DNA from: Gammaproteobacteria bacterium
GTDB taxonomy: Bacteria > Pseudomonadota > Gammaproteobacteria > JAKEHO01
Assembly: GCA_027296625.1 (NCBI GenBank)
Contig: JAPUIX010000170.1
Location: 10,559-74,558, forward strand
Reading direction: 5' to 3'
Length of the DNA: 64,000 bases
The notes under the pieces: model-generated
The model's input: only the letters and a program-made list of their open reading frames with translations
Databases searched by the model: none
What the model was told of the DNA's origin: nothing
Shown here: positions 1 to 9,848 of the stretch, piece by piece
Layout: each line of letters starts with the position of its first letter
How positions within the stretch are numbered: the first letter of the stretch is position 1
Made by a program: the position numbers and the translations under genes

Positions 1-123
1 TAGACGTATCCACCTCCTTATCATTTCGACCTGGAGATAACCCGTCTGTTGAATTTCGTTGGGTAACCCAGTACGGGTTAGCAGCCAGAGTTGGCTTTTG
101 CCCCAATCGACGAAATAGGAGCC

Positions 124-1518
124 ATGCCGATGATTGAAAAAGATTATCGTACTGAGAGGGACAGCATGGGTGAGATTAAAGTCCCTTTGGAGGCTTTGTA
201 CGGGGCCCATACGCAGCGCGCTGTGGAGAACTTTCCAGTCAGTGGGCTAAGAATGCCTCGGGCGTTTATCCGTGCATTGGGGGTTATCAAGGCGGCGGCG
301 GCGAATGCCAACGAGGAACTTAGTCTGTTGGAGACTGATATGGCGGAAGCCATCGTGAACGCTGCGGCCGAAGTGGAGCACGGCGAGCACGACCAACATT
401 TCCCGATAGATGTATTTCAGACTGGGTCGGGAACCAGTACGAATATGAACGCAAATGAAGTGATCGCTTGCCTAGCCGCGGAGCGTCTAGGAAATCCAGT
501 ACACCCGAATGATCACGTTAATATGGGTCAGAGTAGTAACGATGTCATACCCACGGCGATTCATGTCAGTGTAATCTTGGAGATCGAAGATTTATTATTA
601 CCTGCGCTTGGTCATCTTGCCGATACCATCGCGGGGCGTGCTCGGGAGCTGGATAGTATTGTGAAGACCGGGCGCACCCACTTGATGGACGCCATGCCGG
701 TGCGCGTTGGGCAGGAGCTCAGCGCTTGGGAGGCGCAGGTTGGGCATGGACGCGAGCGCATCGATTCAGCACTGGAGCGCTTACGAGCGTTGGCGATTGG
801 TGGATCCGCTGTGGGTACCGGCATCAACGCGCATCCGGAATTCGGTCAAAGGGTAGTAGCTAATCTTACGGCTGCAACAGGCGCGCACTTTGCCACTATG
901 CCAAATTATTTTGAGGGCCTAAGTTCTCAGGACGCAGCTGTGGAAATGAGCGGCCAGTTAAAGACCGTCGCGGTGAGTCTAATGAAGATCGCCAATGATC
1001 TGCGCTGGATGAATAGTGGGCCGCTGGCGGGTCTGGCAGAAATTAGCTTGCCAGCCTTGCAGCCAGGCAGCAGCATTATGCCGGGAAAGGTGAATCCTGT
1101 GATCCCAGAAGCAGTCATGATGGCCTCTGCTCAGGTCATAGGGAACGACGTAACGGTTACCATCGGTGGTCAAGCCGGAAATTTTCAGCTGAACGTGATG
1201 TTACCGGTTATTGCGTACAATTTACTGCAGAGTGTTGAACTATTATCAAACTCTGCGCGGCTCATTGCTGATAAGGCTATTGCAGGATTCACAGTCAACG
1301 TGGAAAAGCTGCACGAGGCCCTTGAGAAGAATCCAATCCTTGTTACAGCGTTAAATGCGGTAATTGGTTATGAGAAGGGTGCTCAGATTGCAAAGAAGGC
1401 GTACGCAGAAGGGCGTCCAATTTGGGAGGTGGCAATGGAAATGACCGACCTTTCGAAAGAGGAACTTGTCCGGCTACTCGACCCTAAAGAGTTGACTAAG
1501 GGAGGGATCCGGAAATAA
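124..1518 (+). CDS. fumC: class II fumarate hydratase
   Basis: Part of ORF 91..1518. Carries the lyase-1 signature GSSIMPGKVNP. The blocks FQTGSGTSTNMNANEV, GQSSNDVIPTAIHV, KTGRTHLMDAMP, LMKIANDLRWMNSGP and LVTALNAVIGYEKGAQIAKKAY match FumC better than aspartase. Start placed at the ATG after GGAG; ATG 130 is equally possible. Confidence 0.85.
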   Translation: MPMIEKDYRTERDSMGEIKVPLEALYGAHTQRAVENFPVSGLRMPRAFIRALGVIKAAAANANEELSLLETDMAEAIVNAAAEVEHGEHDQHFPIDVFQTGSGTSTNMNANEVIACLAAERLGNPVHPNDHVNMGQSSNDVIPTAIHVSVILEIEDLLLPALGHLADTIAGRARELDSIVKTGRTHLMDAMPVRVGQELSAWEAQVGHGRERIDSALERLRALAIGGSAVGTGINAHPEFGQRVVANLTAATGAHFATMPNYFEGLSSQDAAVEMSGQLKTVAVSLMKIANDLRWMNSGPLAGLAEISLPALQPGSSIMPGKVNPVIPEAVMMASAQVIGNDVTVTIGGQAGNFQLNVMLPVIAYNLLQSVELLSNSARLIADKAIAGFTVNVEKLHEALEKNPILVTALNAVIGYEKGAQIAKKAYAEGRPIWEVAMEMTDLSKEELVRLLDPKELTKGGIRK

Positions 1519-1602
1519 CTTTGTATTATTTAGATCGACCTGCATTCCTACGCTTATTTAGCCGAGCAAATCGGTGCTTTGGGCTCTTTCGAAGACTCAA
1601 TG

Positions 1603-2260
1603 CTACCGCTTTTTTGCGAGTACGATGAGTGTGCGGCCATAAAGAGCTGTTTTTGAGTTTTGGTGTGCCGCCGTTTCAGATCGCCCATACTTCATGCGTG
1701 CGCTGAGCCAAATGAATGGAGTTAGAAATACCAAGAGCATCGATGTTCGCTGGAATTTATCTGTCCGAACGTGAGTGATATCCAGCCCACTTTGCGCTAA
1801 ACGCCACCGATATCTATCAAGCGTAAATGGTGTGATGTGTTGCGACACTGGATCCAACTGATTTGGATCCAATGTTGGGAATGAGTAGAAATAGCCTAGT
1901 GAATAAGAATGCGAGTTTGGACTTCAATGAAATGATATTTGGCGTACTGAATGCAAGTGTGCCACCCGGTCTTAAAATCCGCGATACTTCGTTGAACAGA
2001 CCGCAGTGGTCTTCGAGATGTTCTATTAGCTCGACTGCCAAGACTAGATCGACCGAGCCATCAGAATAAGGTAAATGCCCGGTAGCATCCACGCGTCGGC
2101 ACTCCACGCCAGGAACATCAAAGTTATCAGGAAATAGATCACAGCCCTGTACGGAATAGCCGGCGTTGAGTAGCCTTCGAGAAAGTCCCCCACGACCTGC
2201 TCCAACGTCTAAGATCTGAATATCCCCTGAGGGCGGGATTTCTGTTTCCACAATTCGCAC
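1603..2260 (-). pseudogene. class I SAM-dependent methyltransferase with its reading frame broken near 1873
   Basis: ORF 1817..2260 carries SAM motif I (ILDVGAGRGGLSRRL) and the post-I/II blocks. ORF 1603..1872, in another frame, continues with a typical C-terminus (QHITPFTLDRYRWRLAQSGLDI). The two overlap by 56 nt, so a 1-nt shift joins them. Confidence 0.6.
1849..1872. repeat. 9-bp direct repeat TGGATCCAA x2 with a 15-nt period, each copy containing the GGATCC palindrome
   Basis: Read directly: copies at 1849-1857 and 1864-1872, sitting at the frame break of the methyltransferase. Confidence 0.9.
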
Positions 2261-2448
2261 GACTGATTCGTGAATCCGCGCACGGCCATCGCATCATATG
2301 GCTCAACGTCTGTCATTGGCTCGCTCTTAACTAACGACGTGACTCACGATCCCGTGTCGGCCGCGCTTATGTCAGTCATTCAATATTTGAATAGACTTAC
2401 CCCGTGGCTGCGGCTGTCAGGAGCATCGATGAGCCGTGCTGAATGCAC

Positions 2449-3606
2449 TTAGTTGTTGACCGCCTCTTTTATCACAGCCACGATCTCTTCGATCGCTTCA
2501 TCTTTGAGTTCTGGATACATCGGTAAGGATAAGCACTGTTGCGCAACTTGCTCGGTTGTGGTCAGATCCATAGCCCTATACGTGTCTATAAATGCCTTCT
2601 GTTTGTGCAACGGAATAGGATAGTAAATTGCACTTGCAATACCAGCATCTCTTAATCGATCCATGATTCTATCGCGGTCCGGTACTAGTACAGTGTACTG
2701 GTGATACACGTGATAACGGGTAGTTTCCTCATACGGGATCGTTACATTGACATCAGACAATAAGCGATTATAGAAATGCGCTGCTCGCCGTCGGCCCTCG
2801 TTGTAGGTATCCACGTATTGCAGTTTGGTACGTAGTACCACTGCTTGGATCTCATCTAAGCGGCTATTAAGTCCAATGACACCGTGATGATGTTGTTCGT
2901 TACAACCGTGGTTTCGCAGCGTGCGGAGCCGCTCAGCGAGTTTACCCGAACGCGTGCTGACCATGCCGCCATCCCCATAGCAACCCAGGTTTTTACTCGG
3001 GAAGAAACTGAAACAGCCCATGGTCCCAAGGGTGCCTGTTTGATGTCCATTGATATGCGCGCCAAATGACTGGGCACAGTCTTCGATCAAATCAAGGCCA
3101 TGCTTTTTGCAGAGTGCAGTGATCGCTTCCATGTCCGCCGGTTGACCAAATAGATGGACCGGCAGTATTGCCTTGGTTTTTTCAGTAACTGCTTGTTGAA
3201 TCTTGTTAGGGTCTATGTTGAAGGTCTGCCGATCGATGTCAACAAAAACAGGTGTGGCGCCAACGTAACGAATGGCTTCGGCAGTGGCAATAAAGGTAAA
3301 CGCTGTGGTGATGACTTCGTCGCCAGGCCCAATTCCCGCGGCTCTGAGTGCAAGATGGAGTGCATCAGTTCCTGAGGCACACGATACTGCGTAGTCGACA
3401 TTCAGGTAATTAGCCACTTCCTGCTCGAAGGCTGAAACATTTGGTCCAAGGATGTACTGACCACTCTCCAGAACCGCCCGTATTTTTGGAACAATATCAG
3501 GTTTAAGCTGTTGATACTGTTGTTTGAGATCAAGCATCGGGATCATGTGTGGTCTGGCCTCGTACGTTTTCTTAAATTTCAAGGAACCCGTTACCCCGCG
3601 TGGCAT
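2449..3606 (-). CDS. DegT/DnrJ/EryC1/StrS-family PLP aminotransferase for nucleotide sugars (GnnB/WbpE-like)
   Basis: 385-aa ORF. IPMLDLKQQY N-terminus, GTDALHLALRA, and SFFPSKNLG with the PLP lysine context. A TGATG 1-nt overlap with the upstream oxidoreductase (3604-3608) supports the long start; ATG 3546 (MIPMLDL) is the alternative. Confidence 0.85.
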   Translation of the reverse strand: MPRGVTGSLKFKKTYEARPHMIPMLDLKQQYQQLKPDIVPKIRAVLESGQYILGPNVSAFEQEVANYLNVDYAVSCASGTDALHLALRAAGIGPGDEVITTAFTFIATAEAIRYVGATPVFVDIDRQTFNIDPNKIQQAVTEKTKAILPVHLFGQPADMEAITALCKKHGLDLIEDCAQSFGAHINGHQTGTLGTMGCFSFFPSKNLGCYGDGGMVSTRSGKLAERLRTLRNHGCNEQHHHGVIGLNSRLDEIQAVVLRTKLQYVDTYNEGRRRAAHFYNRLLSDVNVTIPYEETTRYHVYHQYTVLVPDRDRIMDRLRDAGIASAIYYPIPLHKQKAFIDTYRAMDLTTTEQVAQQCLSLPMYPELKDEAIEEIVAVIKEAVNN

Positions 3607-4583
3607 CAGGGGGCTGTCAAGGGAGATTTATTCAATAGTTCAGTTATTTTAATTGCGGTCTCCAACGCGCGCTTACCATCTTCGCCTGAGACGATCGGCT
3701 GCCCCCCACTGCGTATTGCGTTGAGGAAGAGCGCGATTTCCGTGTTTAGTGCGTCTCCATCCTCGAAAGTCGTTTGCTCGCTGTCGATATTAGGGATTCC
3801 GGGAAACATCTCACCAGCACCTTTTCGATGAACGGTCAGCACTCTATTCTGAAAATCTATAGAGACATAAGAATTTTTCTGGAATAAACGCATCTTACGC
3901 TCGGTCTTCATGCTGACACGACTCGCAGTCACATTAGCAACACAACCGCTCGCAAAGAGTAGGCGAGTGTTCGCGATATCAACAGCATCTGAAAGAATGG
4001 ACGCACCCGTGGCATCGATTCGTACCAAATCGGAATCAACTAGATTAAGAATGATGTCGATATCATGGATCATCAAATCCAACACCACACTGACGTCTGT
4101 ACCCCGTGGATCAAAGCGCGCTAGTCGATGTGTTTCAATGAACACTGGTTGATCCCGCAGCTTGTCGAGATTGAGGAGTGCTGCATTAAATCGTTCTAGG
4201 TGCCCGACTTGAAGAATCTTACCGTGGGCCTTCGCTAGCGTTATCAGGTCCTCTGCCTGTGAGACGGTCGTCGTGATAGGTTTCTCCACTAACACGTGAC
4301 TGCCATGCTCTATAAATGCCTTAGCGATCTCGAAGTGAAAGCTGGTGGGCACAACGATGCTCACAGCTTCGACCCGGTCGAGTAATGCCCGATAATCAGT
4401 CAAAGCTTCAACGTTATACCGGGTTGCGACTTCTTCAGCGACGTCGCGGTCGACATCCACAACTGCAACAAGTTCACTGTCTTCTAGTTGAGCATACTTT
4501 TCAGCGTGGAACCTGCCCAAGTAACCAACGCCGATAACTGCTGTGTGGATTTTTGACATAAATGATTCCATGGTATTTTGCAT
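3606..4583 (-). CDS. Gfo/Idh/MocA-family NAD-dependent oxidoreductase for UDP-sugars (GnnA/WbpB-like)
   Basis: 325-aa ORF with an N-terminal Rossmann fold (TAVIGVGYLGRFHAEKY) and EKP motif (LVEKPIT). Translationally coupled to the aminotransferase. Confidence 0.8.
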   Translation of the reverse strand: MQNTMESFMSKIHTAVIGVGYLGRFHAEKYAQLEDSELVAVVDVDRDVAEEVATRYNVEALTDYRALLDRVEAVSIVVPTSFHFEIAKAFIEHGSHVLVEKPITTTVSQAEDLITLAKAHGKILQVGHLERFNAALLNLDKLRDQPVFIETHRLARFDPRGTDVSVVLDLMIHDIDIILNLVDSDLVRIDATGASILSDAVDIANTRLLFASGCVANVTASRVSMKTERKMRLFQKNSYVSIDFQNRVLTVHRKGAGEMFPGIPNIDSEQTTFEDGDALNTEIALFLNAIRSGGQPIVSGEDGKRALETAIKITELLNKSPLTAP

Positions 4584-4813
4584 CCGGCCGTGTGATTATC
4601 AAGTCAGCCGATCATTGCACTGTCTGACGAACGCGCTAGAGAGTTTGGCACGGTAGTTCAGCAATCTATGTTTACTTGTTTTTATCGCTTTCGTAATAGG
4701 AACTCGAAGTCGTATCCAAAATCAATGCCCAAGGTGGCAAAACTCGGCCACGCACCCATTCTCTCTTGAATACGCCGGAAATAAAAGTATGGATGCCAGG
4801 TTCGAAGTCGCGA

Positions 4814-5395
4814 TCAATGCGTTGCCAATCCATGTCTTATCTTTTTGACAAGGCCCTCCGTCTTGGGATCGTCTGAAATCGCAATGACCTTCTGCATCCG
4901 TGAAGACAAGTCTAGCTCGTCTCGCGACTGACGGGCCGGTACAGCCCGCAGCGTCTTTCTCATCGCTGGCAGATAGCCGAGAGCGTGCGGATCCCTTTTG
5001 ATATGTATGTTTCGGAACCTGACGCATTCGAACCCATACTCCGAGAACAGTCGTAACAAATGCGGCTTTGAAAAGAAAGCGAGGTGGATCTGGCCTAGGA
5101 GGGCCAATAAGCTTTTTGACGATCGCTGAAGGGTGTCCGACATTTTCTTGATTACTTCAAGATCTGCGTTGCCGTTGGGAGTGATCAACTGAAGGCATCC
5201 ACCTACACGCAAAACCCGATGGGTTTCCAGTAGGTGATCACGCGGGCGAAGAACGTGTTCGAGCAGATCTTTCTGAGGGATATAGTCGAATGCGTTATCC
5301 GGAAACTATGCATCTTTGAGGGTAACGCATCGCACGTCCAGTTCAAACTGCTGATGGGCGAAATAGGCAGCAAACCCTGACACATCGATTCCCAT
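4814..5395 (-). pseudogene. methyltransferase remnant, N-terminally truncated and with an in-frame TAG
   Basis: Own translation: MGIDVSGFAAYFAHQQFELDVRCVTLKDA*FPDNAFDYIPQKDLLEHVLRPRDHLLETHRVLRVGGCLQLITPNG... This holds the post-motif-I to motif-III blocks of a type-11 methyltransferase. The stop is at 5306-5308. SAM motif I is absent. Confidence 0.6.
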
Positions 5396-5899
5396 GACAT
5401 TCCTCCAAGCCGCTCGCCATGTTCAAGACCATCAACACAATGTGGCCTTTGTATTGGTCGGCGGAGGGAAAGATGAAGACACTGTAAAGGCAAAAGCAGA
5501 GGAGCTCGGTTTGAAAAACATCTTCCTTGAAGGTTATCAGACAGATCCCTATTCGTATTACAAAGTGTTTGACGTATTTGTACTGACTTCGAAGTCTGAA
5601 GGCCTAGGCTCGGCGATCCTGGATGCCTTCGCATATCGCGTACCGGTGGCGGCAACTGCCGCTGTTGGATAGGCGAATTAGTACAAGATGGACAGACGGG
5701 TTATCTAGCGCCTGTAAGTGATCCTCACGCGGTAGCCGAGAAGATCCTGGATGTGCTGTTGGATTGCAATAGCGCTGCTGGATACGTCGAGGATGCGTTT
5801 TCATTGCTCCAGGCACGTCACACCATTGATGCAATGGCGGGATGTTACGCAAAGTTATACCAAGATCTCATTGAGACAGACGATGCAAATGGGCACTAG
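5394..5899 (+). pseudogene. GT4 (GT-B) glycosyltransferase C-terminal remnant, N-terminally truncated and frameshifted at about 5670
   Basis: ORF 5394..5672 reads VAFVLVGGGKDED...FDVFVLTSKSEGLGSAILDAFAYRVPVAAT. Shifted by +1 from 5672 it continues GELVQDGQTGYLAPVSDPHAVAEKILDVL... to TAG 5897-5899. Restoring one A (GGA-ATA-GGC) gives the family-typical VGGIGELV. Confidence 0.6.
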
Positions 5900-6084
5900 T
5901 TTATAGGCTTCGTGACTGATTTGTGGACCACGTTGGCTCCACGTGGTGATCTGAAGCAGGGAACGTTCGTATTTGTGCCTAGCTGGCTGAAGCATTCTTT
6001 ACAAAAGAGTTTTCATATCATATTTGTTGCAATCTGTTGACTTGGCGTACAATGTCGCTTCATTTTTTGCGGGAGCTTATCTGA

Positions 6085-6510
6085 ATGAGCCACATAACTG
6101 TACCGATTTCCATCGGTGAGCTTATCGACAAAATCACTATCCTGGAAACGAAGTCGTAGCGAATCGGTGATGTCAACAAACGCAGGAACGTCAGAACAGA
6201 ATTGGATCTGTTAAATCGAACATGGGAAAATTCTCCTTATGCTATAGATGATATTAATAAGGAGAGGAATGAGATCAAGTCGATAAACGAAGCGCTCTGG
6301 GATATTAAGGATAAGATTAGGCTCAAAGAGGCCGAAGGTCAGTTTGATTCAGAATTCGTTGAGTTAGCTCGCGCAGTATACAAAAATAATGATAAGCGGG
6401 CGGCTATTAAACGTCAGATCAATATCCTTTTTCACTCTGACATCGTTGAAGAAAAATCCTATGCTGATTACACTCAAAAAAATGTGCAATCTCCGCGCGG
6501 CCGTATTTAG
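6085..6510 (+). pseudogene. small conserved hypothetical (resembles the family annotated DUF6165) with an in-frame TAG
   Basis: ATG 6085 gives MSHITVPISIGELIDKITILETKS, then TAG at 6157-6159. The same frame continues into ORF 6202..6510 (LWDIKDKIRLKEAEGQFDSEFVELARAVYKNNDKRAAIKRQIN). Confidence 0.5.
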
Positions 6511-6671
6511 TATGGCTTTCCTATTTAATTTCCCTCAAATCAACGCCCTCGCCCTTCGAGATACAACTGTGTCTTAGGAGATACCATTTTTAAATGGGAA
6601 ACTATGGGGTACGCCGATTGGTCGGGGCCAATTCTGGATGCCCCTTGTTGGCAAGCAGTAATTGATGGCAG

Positions 6672-7388
6672 ATGCTGATGAACGCGCGCGAACAATCGCT
6701 TGATCGTGGCTATATTATTTATGACCGGGATGTCGTTCAGAGTGGTGAGGATATTAGTTTCGATCCCAAGCAGTTGGCTGATGTTGGCTCCGTGGTCGGC
6801 AAAGTTCAGGGGCGGGGCGTGACCTACTTTATCAAATTGAAAGGCCAGGATTGCGTGTTGCGCCACTACTACCGGGGCGGCGCTATAGCACGGGTCATAC
6901 GTGATAAGTACTTCTGGACAGGAATTCGTCGCACGCGAGCATGGCGGGAATGGTGCATGTTAGAGAAGCTTTGTGAAATGGGATTGCCAGTGCCGCAGCC
7001 AGTGGCAGCCCGGGTTTTGAGGCGCGGCCCATTCTACACGGCAGATATAATAATCGAGCGCCTGATCGGCGCTTGCTCTCTAACTGAATTACTCAGACAA
7101 CACAAACTAGGCGAGGATTTATGGAGATCTATTGGCACCTGTATACGACGTTTTCATGATGCTGGCGTATACCACGCAGATTTAAATGCACACAATATTT
7201 TACTAAAGGGAAAAGATGCGATATATGTTGTTGATTTTGATCGAAGCAAACTGTGTAATCAGTCCGACCGTTGGCGCCTTAGGAATCTGACGCGGTTGTA
7301 TCGATCCTTAATAAAACTTAGAAAATACACAGATGCTTATTATTTTTCGGATCGGGATTGGCAGGCGCTTTGTGAAGGCTACGGCTAA
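6672..7388 (+). CDS. kdkA: 3-deoxy-D-manno-octulosonic acid (Kdo) kinase
   Basis: 238-aa ORF. YYRGG...RDKYFWTG...RAWREW...GLPVPQPVAARV plus the kinase catalytic loop YHADLNAHNILL and VVDFDR. Confidence 0.75.
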   Translation: MLMNAREQSLDRGYIIYDRDVVQSGEDISFDPKQLADVGSVVGKVQGRGVTYFIKLKGQDCVLRHYYRGGAIARVIRDKYFWTGIRRTRAWREWCMLEKLCEMGLPVPQPVAARVLRRGPFYTADIIIERLIGACSLTELLRQHKLGEDLWRSIGTCIRRFHDAGVYHADLNAHNILLKGKDAIYVVDFDRSKLCNQSDRWRLRNLTRLYRSLIKLRKYTDAYYFSDRDWQALCEGYG

Positions 7389-7737
7389 GAGATCTTCCAT
7401 AGAAGTACAAGGGGAAGAGCACGAGTTACGAACGTAATGCGCCCCACGCTCGCCGAGTGACTTGATGGACTTGTCGGCACAAAAACATTGTCTTATTCTT
7501 CAGAGCACTGTCCACACGTGCCTGTTTGGCATAAGTTGATGCTGTCCGATTGACTCCAATCGAGGTACGAGAGTGAATAACGTTTGTCGTCGCAGCGCTA
7601 AATACCCGAATGTAGGGTACACATTAAGAGGTTTGTTGAGTCGGACAAAATGGCAATAAACTATCGGGTGCTTTTGGGTGATATCGGAGTGGCGCAAGCT
7701 GAGCTATTGTGCCTTGTGTGTCGGGCGAAAGTGACCT

Positions 7738-8559
7738 ATGCCGCCTAAGCTCGGTATCATCGCGGGCGGCGGCGACCTGCCTGCTTCTCTCATCTCCGTT
7801 TGCCGCGCCATCGGGCGCGAATTTTTCGTCCTTGCCGTTGAGGGGTACACCGATCCGAAACTGGTTGCCGACGTGCCGCATGCCTGGACACGCTTAGGCG
7901 CTTTTGAAACCAGTATTCAGCTGCTGCGCGAAGCAGGCGTTGAAGAACTCGTCCTGGCCGGCCATGCGCGCCGACCGTCCTTTACCGGGATGAAGCCGGA
8001 CCGACGGCTGCGCCGTTTGCTGTTTAAAATAGGAGCCGCTGCGTTTGGGGATGACGGGCTACTTTCAGGTGTGATCAAGGAGTTTGAAGAAGAGGGATTT
8101 CGGGTGGTGGGACTGGATAACATACTCGGAGATGTGTTGGCTGTTGAAGGTATATATACAGAGTCCGCACCTGATGAACAGGCAAGGCTGGACATCGAAC
8201 GTGGCGTCGAAGTGGCACGGGCACTGGGCAATGTGGATGTTGGCCAGAGTGTCGTGGTGCAGCACGGCATTGTCCTTGGTGTTGAGGCGATCGAGGGCAC
8301 GGACGCACTGCTGACCCGCTGCGCTGCGCTGGGCCGCGACGGACCCGGGGGAGTTCTCGTGAAAGTGAAGAAGCCTGCGCAAGAGCATCGTGTCGATCTG
8401 CCGACGATCGGCGTCAGTACGGTTCAAGCGGCGGCTGCTGCGGGCCTTCGAGGCATTGCCATTGAAGCCGGAGTGTCTCTGGTCGTTGATCAGCCTGCTG
8501 TAACCCGCGCAGCCGATGAAGCCGGCTTGTTTCTTATCGGAATCACGATCAAGGCGTGA
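7738..8559 (+). CDS. lpxI: UDP-2,3-diacylglucosamine diphosphatase LpxI (DUF1009 family)
   Basis: 273-aa ORF. KLGIIAGGGDLP N-terminus and the GVEAIEGTDALL block. GTGA start/stop overlap with lpxB. Confidence 0.75.
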   Translation: MPPKLGIIAGGGDLPASLISVCRAIGREFFVLAVEGYTDPKLVADVPHAWTRLGAFETSIQLLREAGVEELVLAGHARRPSFTGMKPDRRLRRLLFKIGAAAFGDDGLLSGVIKEFEEEGFRVVGLDNILGDVLAVEGIYTESAPDEQARLDIERGVEVARALGNVDVGQSVVVQHGIVLGVEAIEGTDALLTRCAALGRDGPGGVLVKVKKPAQEHRVDLPTIGVSTVQAAAAAGLRGIAIEAGVSLVVDQPAVTRAADEAGLFLIGITIKA

Positions 8560-9737
8560 GCGCGCCAGCCCACTCTGAAGCGGGAGAGCTGATTTTTCTC
8601 GTTGCAGGTGAGCCATCGGGCGATCAACTTGGGGCACGCCTGATGGCAGCGCTGAAGGACGAGGGAGGCCCCGCGATTCAGTTTGCGGGTATCGGTGGGG
8701 AGCAGATGGCCGAGCAGGGGCTCAAGAGTCTCTTTCCGATGACGGAGCTCTCTGTGACGGGTATCGTCGAGGTGATGCTGCACTTACCGCGTATCTTTCG
8801 CCGCATCGGTGATACCGTTCAAGCGGTTCTGAAATGTCAACCCGATGTCGTCGTGACCATCGACTCACCGGATTTCTCGCTCAAGGTGGCCGAACGCCTG
8901 AAGGGTCATGGAATTCCACTCATCCATTATGTGGCACCGACGGTATGGGCCTGGAAGCCCTGGCGGGCAAGGAAGATGACGGGTTTTCTGGACCGCGTGT
9001 TGGCTCTATTGCCATTCGAGCCACCCTATTTTGAGGTGCACGGGCTCCGTTGTGATTTCGTGGGTCACCCGGCCGTGGAGGGCGCCTCCGGAGGCGATGG
9101 ACAGGGGTTCCGCGAGCGCTACGGGATCCCGATGACCGCGCCACTCATCTGCGCACTACCTGGGAGCCGTCGAGGCGAGACAGCACGCCTGCTGCCCGTG
9201 TTCATAAAGGCCCTTACCCAGCTTAATGAGCGTGTACCGGGACTTCGCGTAGCGCTCCCAACGGTGTCCACTGTCGCCGATCTCATTGAGGAGGCGGTTT
9301 CAGCTTTGCCGATGCCCGTCATAGTCGTTCGGCGCCGAGATGAAAAATATGACGTGTATGCGGCGGCAGATGTTGCGCTGGCTAAATCGGGTACGGCGCT
9401 GATCGAACTCGCGGCGGCGGGCGTGCCTACTGTCGTAACCCACCGTGTCAATCCGCTAACAGCATTCATGATGCGGCGGATGATTAAACTGGACTATGTA
9501 AGCTTCGTTAACATTCTGCTCGGGCGCCCTATGCAGCCGGAGCTGTTACAGGAAAACTGCAGGCCAGAAAAGCTCGTACCTGCCGTGGAACGCATGCTGA
9601 GTGATTCTGAGTGGCGCGCTGAACAAATCGAAGGCGAGCGCCATGTAGCTGAGATGCTGGGTATGGGCGGTGAGCCACCAAGCCTTCGAGCTGCGCGGGT
9701 GGTGCTGGATGTCATGCGGTCGAGAAGAGATGGTTAG
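8556..9737 (+). CDS. lpxB: lipid-A-disaccharide synthase
   Basis: 393-aa ORF. IFLVAGEPSGDQLGARLM, VVTIDSPDFSL, YVAPTVWAWKPWR, LPGSRRGE. Confidence 0.9.
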   Translation: MSAPAHSEAGELIFLVAGEPSGDQLGARLMAALKDEGGPAIQFAGIGGEQMAEQGLKSLFPMTELSVTGIVEVMLHLPRIFRRIGDTVQAVLKCQPDVVVTIDSPDFSLKVAERLKGHGIPLIHYVAPTVWAWKPWRARKMTGFLDRVLALLPFEPPYFEVHGLRCDFVGHPAVEGASGGDGQGFRERYGIPMTAPLICALPGSRRGETARLLPVFIKALTQLNERVPGLRVALPTVSTVADLIEEAVSALPMPVIVVRRRDEKYDVYAAADVALAKSGTALIELAAAGVPTVVTHRVNPLTAFMMRRMIKLDYVSFVNILLGRPMQPELLQENCRPEKLVPAVERMLSDSEWRAEQIEGERHVAEMLGMGGEPPSLRAARVVLDVMRSRRDG

Positions 9738-9848
9738 GTGGTTCGATGTTAGAAAAGGGTGGGTGACTCGGCACGGCAGTGTCGATCGCCGTAGACCAAT
9801 AACACGAGGATGCGCGCGGGCCTCACAGTTTCACGCTTCTCATATTAA

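Noticed and set aside
5203-5655. 150-aa minus-strand ORF spanning the methyltransferase/GT4 junction
   Set aside because: It has no family resemblance. It runs antisense through the GT4 remnant, whose own frame shows clear GT-B motifs.
5306-6159. Both in-frame stops in the LPS remnants are TAG, raising the idea of amber recoding or suppression
   Set aside because: Both genes carrying them are degenerate accessory genes, and one is also truncated. No pyl or suppressor-tRNA genes are visible. TAG also terminates intact genes here, for example hpnN. Coincidence within decaying genes is the simpler explanation.
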